Source of the DNA: a virus
IMG/VR virus record: IMGVR_UViG_3300025381_001071
Reading direction: 5' to 3' (one strand)
DNA: 64,000 nt
Shown here: one piece after another, positions 1 to 8,351 of the stretch
Position numbering within the stretch: the stretch's first letter is position 1
How the letters are laid out: the number at the start of each line of letters is the position of its first letter
Notes under the pieces: generated by a model
The model's input: only the letters and a program-made list of their open reading frames with translations
Told to the model about the DNA's origin: nothing
The model's database searches: none
Translations under genes and position numbers: made by a program

Positions 1-225
1 GTAAACCCGACTAGCAGTTTCTTTAGCATCGTTTTCTGGATTAATAATGCCTGTTTTTACACAGCCGCCCATACAAACAATAGGAACATATACACCAGTA
101 ACTGTGGTCGAAGTAGTTGACGCAGGGTAAGCCTTGGATAGACCATCAGCAATAGCCTGCATGTTAAACCCATGAATAGGATCTAATATCAAAGTCGACG
201 GAGTTAAACTGGATTCAATGGACAT
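1..225 (-). CDS. Hypothetical protein, partial (runs off the left edge)
   Basis: ATG at 225, just after the stop of the upstream ORF; open frame MSIESSLTPSTLILDPIHGF... to position 1. Confidence 0.7.
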   Translation of the reverse strand, partial: MSIESSLTPSTLILDPIHGFNMQAIADGLSKAYPASTTSTTVTGVYVPIVCMGGCVKTGIINPENDAKETASRVY

Positions 226-226
226 A

Positions 227-517
227 TTATTTTAATGCGATACCTGTTGTACCTTGAATATATTGATCTGCGGCATCTTGTTTACTAGCGCTGATTGCCA
301 TGACATGTGTCTTGCTTAGTGTAATAAACTCATCACTACCCAGAATCATCCAAGGCATCATTCCCAGTCCTTGTGCGTTCATGGTCAATGCCAATGGGCG
401 ATTGATTTTGATAGTGGTGTCAGTTTCTTCTTCAAACCGTGCAATGATTTCATCACTGTTGATCAGTTTCAAACTAACAACATCGCCCGATTTATAACCT
501 TTATTAATTAGTAACAT
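227..517 (-). CDS. Conserved phage hypothetical protein, small beta-rich (possibly Sm-like)
   Basis: 96 aa ORF tightly packed in the operon; alternating hydrophobic beta-strand pattern. Confidence 0.6.
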   Translation of the reverse strand: MLLINKGYKSGDVVSLKLINSDEIIARFEEETDTTIKINRPLALTMNAQGLGMMPWMILGSDEFITLSKTHVMAISASKQDAADQYIQGTTGIALK

Positions 518-995
518 AGTTTCCTTCTTTATCTATTTCTTGCCAACTATAATCGCCTAGGTATTTAACCCTTGCAAAATATTCATAATCTACTGGTGGA
601 CCTGATGACCATTCATCGGGCCCTTGTAGACATAGTCTTGTAAATTTATGCCTAGTATCATAGACCAGCCAATAGTTTTGACCATGCGAAACTTGAAAGT
701 CATATTTTGCTGCGTGTACAGCATCAGTTATTTCCAGTCTACGTTTGATTTGATTGGCTTGACGCTGCAATACTTCAACCATTTCCATTATTCTATCATA
801 TTCCTGTTGAGCATGTAGACGTGCTACATTCAGCATTACATCTTTTTGCTTTTCAACAGGAACTAGATCAAATTTAGGACCGCCCGCTTCTGTAGCGTAA
901 GGAGTAACATTCCTATTAAAAAACGGAACAATTAATCCTCCTACTTCTACATCATAGCTAGATCTGCCTTTGGCAGAATTAGTGTTCTGTGTCAT
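504..995 (-). CDS. DUF2452-like protein
   Basis: Coiled segment followed by AAKYDFQVSHGQNYWLVY and a C-terminal DYSW, which recall DUF2452. Confidence 0.55.
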   Translation of the reverse strand: MTQNTNSAKGRSSYDVEVGGLIVPFFNRNVTPYATEAGGPKFDLVPVEKQKDVMLNVARLHAQQEYDRIMEMVEVLQRQANQIKRRLEITDAVHAAKYDFQVSHGQNYWLVYDTRHKFTRLCLQGPDEWSSGPPVDYEYFARVKYLGDYSWQEIDKEGNYVTN

Positions 996-1539
996 CCTTT
1001 GTTGGCATTGTGCACAATGCTTCTAAAGTTTTATAATGTTCGTAGGCCTTTTGTAATGCCTCAAAGTGTTCAAGTTTTTCTGGATCAGGAACCAATATGG
1101 CCAACCGACTTTCAATGGTCTCTAGCATATCTCCTAGACTGCGACCCCTCCACTTGATATCGCCTTCGAAGTTTGCATCACCGCTGACTTCCAGGGAACT
1201 CTTGGGATTAAAGCCAGCTGAAGATATTGTATATGGACCAGAATTTCCATAATTTGACCAAGAAGCTCCGTTAGCACCAGCACTGGTTAATATTGATCCA
1301 GAACTTCCTGTTGCACCTGTACTTATAGTAATGTTGCCGCTAGGCATATTCCATAGACTAGATAAACTAGACAAATCCAAAGTAGTCAATGCCGGGAGTT
1401 CTTGACTTTCAAGTCCCGGAAACTCTTCAATCTCTTGGGCAATAATGCCAATTGATGGTTTATCATCAAACTCAACTTCAAAAGAATTTACCTTTTCTAA
1501 GGCTTCTTTGAGTTTATCAAGTTCTTCTTTAGTCGCCAT
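979..1539 (-). CDS. Hypothetical protein with Ser/Gly/Thr-rich middle
   Basis: ORF track gives 979..1590; the ATG at 1539 (MATKEEL) overlapping the grx stop is the more likely start. Confidence 0.65.
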   Translation of the reverse strand: MATKEELDKLKEALEKVNSFEVEFDDKPSIGIIAQEIEEFPGLESQELPALTTLDLSSLSSLWNMPSGNITISTGATGSSGSILTSAGANGASWSNYGNSGPYTISSAGFNPKSSLEVSGDANFEGDIKWRGRSLGDMLETIESRLAILVPDPEKLEHFEALQKAYEHYKTLEALCTMPTKDDTEH

Positions 1540-1777
1540 ATCCGCCAGCCGTTTCCTCAATGTATTTTTTGAGTTCGGTAAAGCCGCCAACTAGTTGGTC
1601 ATTAATAAAAATCTGTGGAACAGTACGTGCTGTTGGTACTGCTTCTAATAGTTCTTCTTTAGTATAGCCGTCACCGATTTTCTTTTCCTCGTAGGGAATA
1701 CCACGTTGCTTTAATAATGCCTTTGCCTGATCGCAAAAGGTACAGTTATACTTACTCCAAACAATAGCCTTTGTCAT
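1529..1777 (-). CDS. grxC: Glutaredoxin (GrxC/NrdH-like RNR reductant)
   Basis: CTFC active site, RTVPQIFI and VGGF motifs; downstream of nrdAB. Confidence 0.92.
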   Translation of the reverse strand: MTKAIVWSKYNCTFCDQAKALLKQRGIPYEEKKIGDGYTKEELLEAVPTARTVPQIFINDQLVGGFTELKKYIEETAGGYGD

Positions 1778-2934
1778 AATGTTATCTCCTTTTTAGTTAT
1801 TAAGTTTAACAGTTTTTCTTTGTATTCGCAATTTGTTAATAGTTTTTTAAATGCTTGTTCATTGGCATCTAACTTATCTCTATATTTTTTTACTAAAAAC
1901 GCATGTACTGCATTATTTGTTTTTAGTTCTTCTTTTAATGTTTTTAAATAGTTTATTGATCGTTGTACACTACGCATTAAAGGAAACTCTGATTTAAACA
2001 TAGTAAGACGTCCTAAATTATCATAATCAAAATCGTCATCTTCTGTATCATAAAACTCGCTATTTAAAAACCAAAATCCTTTTTCGTGTAACCATTCAAT
2101 ACCTTTACTTATTCCCATGTATATGAAAAATATATCAGCACTTTGAAACGCTATACTTTTAACAGTTTTTTCTGAGAATAAAAATCGTTCAGTAACTACA
2201 GCACCAGTTTCAAACACTATATTTGCAACAGATGAGTTATAATCAGTGTAGGAAGATATATGCATCTGTTGCCACGACCATCTATCTAGTAGTTGGCCAC
2301 TTATGCTAGAAGTATATGGAGTTTCTGTTTTAAAAATATGAATATCTTCGGGGTCAACTTTTGAACGAAAATACTCTATTGTTTTTTTTCTAAAAGGTTT
2401 ATAGTTATCAAATCTATTGTACACTCCCACAAGGTGTTGTTTTTCTTTATTAGGATAATAGTTCAAATAATAAAACCCAAACGCATGATAATGCAAATAA
2501 AGATTAATTGAATAATCTACAATACATCTAGGATTTTCAGATTGATTTATTCCATGTGGATAAATGAAAATTGTATTGGATCTTTCTAACAGGCTTTTTA
2601 TATACTGCATATTAGTAGGATGCTCTGCTTCGTCATCTTGCCTGGAAAATATAAAATAATCTATATCATTTTCATATTTTTGAATAATATGAAAGGCATC
2701 AGATGACACAGGCATTACCATGAGTTTTATATCACAATAGTTTATGTCGTCTAAATTTTTACTAAAGTGATAACAATGTCCACCTTCCTTAATTTTAAAC
2801 TTGTTAGGATGGTATATTTTACTGGACGTGACAAACGCATCCAGCATCTCAATCTCCCCATTGGTTAGGGGATACAAGAAAGGCGTTAATATATCATCTC
2901 TAACAGACGGGCTGGTAACAACACCGATATTCAT
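1774..2934 (-). CDS. Glycosyltransferase-like protein (SEKT-motif family; paralogue of 56018..58814)
   Basis: NIVFET...FLFSEKTVKSI...GFWFL motif shared with three genes of the right-hand cluster. Confidence 0.5.
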   Translation of the reverse strand: MNIGVVTSPSVRDDILTPFLYPLTNGEIEMLDAFVTSSKIYHPNKFKIKEGGHCYHFSKNLDDINYCDIKLMVMPVSSDAFHIIQKYENDIDYFIFSRQDDEAEHPTNMQYIKSLLERSNTIFIYPHGINQSENPRCIVDYSINLYLHYHAFGFYYLNYYPNKEKQHLVGVYNRFDNYKPFRKKTIEYFRSKVDPEDIHIFKTETPYTSSISGQLLDRWSWQQMHISSYTDYNSSVANIVFETGAVVTERFLFSEKTVKSIAFQSADIFFIYMGISKGIEWLHEKGFWFLNSEFYDTEDDDFDYDNLGRLTMFKSEFPLMRSVQRSINYLKTLKEELKTNNAVHAFLVKKYRDKLDANEQAFKKLLTNCEYKEKLLNLITKKEITL

Positions 2935-2945
2935 TACAATCCCTA

Positions 2946-4040
2946 TTATAGATCGGGCAACTCGTCGTAACTAACATTATCGCTCATTACTCCGATAACA
3001 TAGTTAGTAGATTCATTTTCTTGCAATGCTGTTTGCTTTTTATTGATGTTAACGTGTTTATTAAACCAAGGAACAGGATTACTCTTAGGATGATCTTCTA
3101 AATATTTAATTCCTATTTCCTTCAGTCGTGTAAATGCTGTATAATCCACAAAGTCTTTTAGAATAGTAGCATTAAGACCGATCACAGGACCTTTTTTGAA
3201 CAAGTAGTCAGCCCATGCTTTTTCTTCTGCAATAACTTCTAAGTACATGGCGTAGACTTCTTCGGCACATTCTTTTTCCAGTTCTGCAAAGTCTGCATCT
3301 TCTTTGACTGTTTGATTAATAATCCAAGCAGTCCACTCTGCGTGTAATAATTCGTCTTGTAAAATCAAACTAATAATGTTACCATTGCCAATGTAGATTT
3401 TATTTTCCACCATGGCTAAACTAGTAGCAAAAGAGACCATGAATCTCAGTGCTTCGAGTGCGTAACTGGCCTGCAAAGCCAACCAGATAGCACGTTTATG
3501 TTCCATTGTTGAAATTTCTTCACCCAATTCTTTGCGGCAGTTGAGTTCGTGTAACGCTTCGTAGTATCTACCGATATTAGCAGCCATGCCCACAATTTCT
3601 TGTGTATCATGGATTTTATTGAATTCTTCTTTGGGTACACCATAAACATTCCTAATAATGTGACTGTAGCTCTTTGAATGAATATTTGTTTCAAAAAAGC
3701 TCCAGTTGCTGATCAATGCTTCTAGCTCAGGGATAGATACCACTGGGCCAAAAACTTGATTCGGTGCACGACCTTGAATACTGTCCAAGGCTGTTTGTCT
3801 TAGAAGATTGCTAGTAAAGATATGTTTAACAGCATCACTAGCATCCTTATGATCCATTTTGTCTTTGGTAAGACTGATTTCTTCAGGAACCCAAAAGAAT
3901 CCCCGTGCTAGTTCTTCAAACTTAGCAATCTTAGGATGACGGAATTCCTCAAATCTCTGTACTGTAACAGCACCATCTAAAAACATTCGTCGTTTTAAGT
4001 AGTTAGGTGCTACTGATAAATTATATTGTTCTTTACTCAT
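2946..4040 (-). CDS. nrdB: Ribonucleotide reductase class Ia beta subunit
   Basis: FWVPEEI, DSIQG, FETNIHSKSY (radical Tyr), LEALRF and QDELLH di-iron ligand motifs; start probably MSKEQ at 4040. Confidence 0.97.
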   Translation of the reverse strand: MSKEQYNLSVAPNYLKRRMFLDGAVTVQRFEEFRHPKIAKFEELARGFFWVPEEISLTKDKMDHKDASDAVKHIFTSNLLRQTALDSIQGRAPNQVFGPVVSIPELEALISNWSFFETNIHSKSYSHIIRNVYGVPKEEFNKIHDTQEIVGMAANIGRYYEALHELNCRKELGEEISTMEHKRAIWLALQASYALEALRFMVSFATSLAMVENKIYIGNGNIISLILQDELLHAEWTAWIINQTVKEDADFAELEKECAEEVYAMYLEVIAEEKAWADYLFKKGPVIGLNATILKDFVDYTAFTRLKEIGIKYLEDHPKSNPVPWFNKHVNINKKQTALQENESTNYVIGVMSDNVSYDELPDL

Positions 4041-4042
4041 TT

Positions 4043-4819
4043 TTAACTGCTCCAAACGTATCCTCTATCTTCAGAGAGATAGTAGTGTTCATATGTATAT
4101 TGGTGTTCGATTCGAGAAGGTGCCGGTAACATTTCCCCTGTGGTAATCAAAGAATAAATTGAATCAGCAACTATTTTAGCCGTTTCTTCAGTTAAGTGAT
4201 TAGCCATAGTATCTGGACTTTCTCTTAGTTTGGTCTTACCGTCATAACTCCAAGGCTCGACCATTCCCAGACTCTTTGTTTGTATATGATGATATTGAGA
4301 TAAATGTCGCTTAAACTGTTTACGTCTTTTTTCATCGCTATACATAAAATCTTTTTCTTTTAAATCACCCGATGAAATAAAAACAACTTTAGGATCTAGT
4401 GATTCAACATGTTTTAAAATCAACTCCCATGTTAGAATCATATATTCATCGTCTGCTACAATAAACCAACCTCTTAGATATTCTAAAGTTTCAATAGCAG
4501 TATTGGTTAGTATGTCTTTATTCATTCTAATCATTTCTTCTACATTGTGTATGCTGTTTGGACGAAACATTTTTGTAGTCCCATCCTTATGCATCAATGG
4601 TAGTTCTCTTGAATAGTTTTCCCAATGTGTGACTACAAAAACATTAAGGTCAAAGTTTTTGTAATTCTTTAAAAACTGTTGATAAGAATATAATAAAGAA
4701 CTACCACCCTTGGCAAAAGATTGCGAATAGTCAGCGTTCATTTTTCTTGCCAAAACTTTTGTCCAAGAAATATCGTGGCCGCTTTCGGCAAAACTATTTC
4801 CGTAATATGCTATTCTCAT
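4043..4819 (-). CDS. SGNH/GDSL-like hydrolase or acyltransferase
   Basis: Block I-like YYGNSFA, block II-like AKGGSS, C-terminal ANHL. Confidence 0.55.
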   Translation of the reverse strand: MRIAYYGNSFAESGHDISWTKVLARKMNADYSQSFAKGGSSLLYSYQQFLKNYKNFDLNVFVVTHWENYSRELPLMHKDGTTKMFRPNSIHNVEEMIRMNKDILTNTAIETLEYLRGWFIVADDEYMILTWELILKHVESLDPKVVFISSGDLKEKDFMYSDEKRRKQFKRHLSQYHHIQTKSLGMVEPWSYDGKTKLRESPDTMANHLTEETAKIVADSIYSLITTGEMLPAPSRIEHQYTYEHYYLSEDRGYVWSS

Positions 4820-5490
4820 AATTTAATCCATTCGTTATCTTCTACAGGAATCCATCCGTTCCTAAAATACTTCACCATATTCATATAAGGACCGATAACT
4901 TTTGAATCATTAGTATAACATTTATTGTTCACTAATGTATATAACTTACAATAAGATGGCTTGCTATTTTCTGTCCATACTTGATAAATCGTACCTGCTT
5001 GTTTCCAAACAGATTTAGAGTAATCTGTTGCTCTGGGATGATTCCATGGCTTAACACCTGCACACGGGTTGTTACTTTTCATTCTTTCAGAAATTTGTTT
5101 TATAGTATCTTCTGAAAAAATTACATTAGTTTTATATCCTGTAACGCCTTTATTCCATGGACCGTTTAATTTTGAAGGATTATTTGGTCCCTGCATATAT
5201 TCAGAATACTGCCGTTTCAACCACCCATATACTTTGTTGTTGCGTTGCTGATCTTTGTTTGCTGATACCATAAACATAGCGGCTTTGACTAGACGTATAT
5301 TGTTAGGATGTATTTTAACTAATAGAAGATGACACAAATAATGTTCTTCTGGTGTTAGCGATACTAAGTTAGTTACGTCATCTGTTCCTCCAAGGCATCT
5401 CGGAACAATATGATGCTTTTCACTATATCCTTCTAATATTCTATGCTGTCCTCTCCTTACTATATTATCATATATCTTTTGGTAATTCAT
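4816..5490 (-). mobile_element. Free-standing HNH homing endonuclease between nrdA and nrdB (mobE-like position)
   Basis: EKHHIVPRCLGGTDDVTNLVSLTPEEHYLCH HNH motif; start probably MNYQKIY at 5490. Confidence 0.85.
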
Positions 5491-5536
5491 ATAAGTTTTC
5501 TGCAAAACTATTTATCATAGTTTGCAGAAAACTTAT
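5491..5536 (-). promoter_or_regulatory. 19-20 bp hairpin with a late promoter (GATAAATA) in its loop, ending directly before the HNH ATG
   Basis: Minus strand ATAAGTTTTCTGCAAACTA-TGATAAA-TAGTTTTGCAGAAAACTTAT-ATG; one-base bulge. Confidence 0.8.
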
Positions 5537-5539
5537 AGT

Positions 5540-7870
5540 TTACAACTTGCAGGCTTCGCAAGAATCATCTTCCAGTTCAGCATATACTGTAACAGGTTCA
5601 GCTGGCACTAATCTATCACTTTGAGTATTTAAAGAAGTCTTTGCACCTACTTTATTGATCAATGAATAGTACATGGTCTTCAATCCCCACTTACTGGCCA
5701 GCATTAGATTCTTAGCAATCAGTGTGCCAGGAACTTTACCGTCCTTAAAGTGTGCTGGATTATAGAATGTATTTGTGCTTAGACTTTGGTCAATATAAGC
5801 GGCTAACACAGCACTGGTTTTCAAATAGTCAACACAATCGGTTTGGTCCCACATCAGTTGATAGCGGTTCTTTAATCTACGATAGTCAGGAACTACTTGC
5901 ACGAATGAACCTGCTTTGGATTCCTTAACACTGATCAACTCCATGGGCATCTCAATACCATTAGTAGAGTTTAATACAACGCTACTGGACTCCACCGGAG
6001 CCACTGCCATTAAGGTAGCATTACGAATACCATATGTTTTCATACGTTCACGCAACGGTTCCCAATCCATACTAGGTGTGAAGTCTGTTAGTTCATCAAC
6101 ACCTGCGCTACGACGTTCCCAAGGGAATACTCCCTTACCGTAGTAAGTGTATTCGCTACGCTTACAGGCCCCTCTTTCTTGGGCAAGTTCTACACTAGTC
6201 TCGGTAAGGTAGTATGCTTGATGTTCCATCCAGCGTTTGACTTCTGCTAGAGCTTCTGCTGTGCCATATTTGTAACTACGACGGGCATGCCAAAAAGCCA
6301 AATTAGTAATACCAACACCCAGGGGTTCAAAATCTTCATTTGCTAGTTTACTTTGTACGCTCAAGAAATCTTGATAGTTCAGCAGGTTGCTCAGACTGCG
6401 TACTAGTACACGACAGGCTTTTCTCATTTCCTGAGGGTTACGGAAGGCACCCCAGTTGATGCTGCCAAGAGTGCAAAGAGCAATTCGTCCCTCTGGATCT
6501 TCAATTCTCTGGAAAGGACGGGTGGGTAAAAGTATTTCTTGGCATAGATTTGATTGATATATAGGATCTGTTGTCGTATCAAACGGGCCTTGGGCAATGA
6601 CGTTGTCGACATTGACAAGATATATGCGCCCCGTATCAGTCCTTTCTTTAAGGATCTGATTTTTGAAAATCTCATCTGCCGATACGACTTTCTTTTTAAT
6701 TGTCGGATGCTTTTCATAGTTTAAGTATAGTTGTTCAAACTCTTCGGTGCTACGATAGTAAGCCATGTACAAGTCTGGAACTTCGGCAGGATCAAACAAG
6801 GTAATGGTTTGTTTGTTCTTGTAACGATTCCAAAACATCTTATTAACAACTACGCTATAGTCCATTTGACGAACACGAGTTTCGTCTGTACCTTGATTGT
6901 TTTTCAATACAATAAGATCTTCAAACTGATAATGCCACAACGGAAATGTAACTGTACAACTGGCGTTTCGAATACCGCCTTGTGAGCAACTACGTAGATC
7001 TGCGAACCATTTCTTCAAGAATGGTATCAAACCCGTATGCTTGATTTCTCCATTGCGAATTGGTGCTCCTAACGGGCGAATTCGGCCGATTTCCAGGCCG
7101 ATTCCAGCTCGTTTTGAAGCATATTTGGCCATCATTTCGCCTGCGGCAAATATACTGTCCAGGGTGTCATCGCTACTGATAAGCACGCAACTTGAAAACT
7201 GCTTAGTGGTAGTGCCCAGCCCAGCCAATACTGGTGTAGCAAGGGTAAAGTGGCCATCGCTGGCACATTCATAGTATTCTTTAACATATTTTAATCTCTT
7301 GTCTTGGGGTTCACCATGGAAAGCAGTAGCAGATGCCACAGCATAACGAACTTGCGGGGTTTCATAGATAGTATTAGTGGCACGATTTTGCACTAGATAC
7401 TTTTCACATAGTTGGGCAATGGCAGCATAGGTATAGCTTTCGTCCTTGGCATGATCGATAAACAAATCAATAATGTTCCATTCATCTTCTGTATACCAAT
7501 CTAAAAGTTCAGAGGTATACATACCCAGTTCTACATTACGTTTAACAATGTCGTAGAGTTTAGGAGGAGTATAACTACCATAAACTTCTTTACGCAACAT
7601 ACTAACACGCTGACGTCCAGCTACGTATTGATAGTTTACATTATTGATTTCTGGATTTTCTGTTTCATCAATCAAATCTACCATGGCTTTTAACAATAGT
7701 TCATCTATTGTCTTTGTGGTCATGCCATCGTGTAGTTCTATTTGTGCTTTAATTTCTACCATGCTAGGACTAACTCCGTCAATCCCGTTACATGCATGGG
7801 CTACTTGTCTCTGTATTTTGGAGATGTCCAAAGGAACCTTCTCCCCATTACGTTTGACCACTGTGATCAT
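5540..7870 (-). CDS. nrdA: Ribonucleotide reductase class Ia alpha subunit
   Basis: N-terminal ATP cone (VVKRNG), FSSCVL, SNLCQE catalytic motif, C-terminal CEACKL redox pair; uninterrupted. Confidence 0.98.
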   Translation of the reverse strand: MITVVKRNGEKVPLDISKIQRQVAHACNGIDGVSPSMVEIKAQIELHDGMTTKTIDELLLKAMVDLIDETENPEINNVNYQYVAGRQRVSMLRKEVYGSYTPPKLYDIVKRNVELGMYTSELLDWYTEDEWNIIDLFIDHAKDESYTYAAIAQLCEKYLVQNRATNTIYETPQVRYAVASATAFHGEPQDKRLKYVKEYYECASDGHFTLATPVLAGLGTTTKQFSSCVLISSDDTLDSIFAAGEMMAKYASKRAGIGLEIGRIRPLGAPIRNGEIKHTGLIPFLKKWFADLRSCSQGGIRNASCTVTFPLWHYQFEDLIVLKNNQGTDETRVRQMDYSVVVNKMFWNRYKNKQTITLFDPAEVPDLYMAYYRSTEEFEQLYLNYEKHPTIKKKVVSADEIFKNQILKERTDTGRIYLVNVDNVIAQGPFDTTTDPIYQSNLCQEILLPTRPFQRIEDPEGRIALCTLGSINWGAFRNPQEMRKACRVLVRSLSNLLNYQDFLSVQSKLANEDFEPLGVGITNLAFWHARRSYKYGTAEALAEVKRWMEHQAYYLTETSVELAQERGACKRSEYTYYGKGVFPWERRSAGVDELTDFTPSMDWEPLRERMKTYGIRNATLMAVAPVESSSVVLNSTNGIEMPMELISVKESKAGSFVQVVPDYRRLKNRYQLMWDQTDCVDYLKTSAVLAAYIDQSLSTNTFYNPAHFKDGKVPGTLIAKNLMLASKWGLKTMYYSLINKVGAKTSLNTQSDRLVPAEPVTVYAELEDDSCEACKL

Positions 7871-7910
7871 ATATTGTTTTAACTAACCTTCTTAAATGTG
7901 TCGAGGAAGA

Positions 7911-7918
7911 TATTTACC
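7911..7918 (-). promoter_or_regulatory. Late-promoter-like motif (GGTAAATA) upstream of nrdA
   Basis: TAAATA core in the intergenic gap, as seen upstream of many genes in the window. Confidence 0.5.
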
Positions 7919-7925
7919 AACCAAC

Positions 7926-8348
7926 TCAAAGTTCGATAATATTTTCTACCAAAAACGACTCGGGTATATCTTTAAGGGCAAAGGGCTCATTATCTTTGTA
8001 GTTTATAGCCCATTCTCCGTCTACACAAACTATATTATAGTATGTTTTTCTAGCATTGTCTACGAGACTACGCAGTTCTATTACAGAATTTTTAAACTTC
8101 TCTGTATATTTGAGCGAATATGCCATCATTAGGGCCTTTGTGAAGTCATCGTAATGATTCTCCACAATAATGTCCCACGGTGTTGGCCATGATTTACGAT
8201 TGAATTGATCAATGTTGTGATTGTATGGTATGTATGGTGCATCACGCCAAAAGTCAATCACACATTGTAATGGTTGTTCGCAAGTTTCTAACTGGGCGCG
8301 AAACTGAGCCCAAGACGATATTCTATCGTCTGTTGACCGATTAAACAT
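7926..8348 (-). CDS. Conserved phage hypothetical protein
   Basis: 140 aa ORF with WPTPWDII motif, co-oriented and tightly packed. Confidence 0.7.
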   Translation of the reverse strand: MFNRSTDDRISSWAQFRAQLETCEQPLQCVIDFWRDAPYIPYNHNIDQFNRKSWPTPWDIIVENHYDDFTKALMMAYSLKYTEKFKNSVIELRSLVDNARKTYYNIVCVDGEWAINYKDNEPFALKDIPESFLVENIIEL

Positions 8349-8351
8349 TTA

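Noticed and set aside
2946-7870. Intron or intein in nrdA or nrdB
   Set aside because: Both ORFs are continuous and of normal length; the HNH is intergenic.
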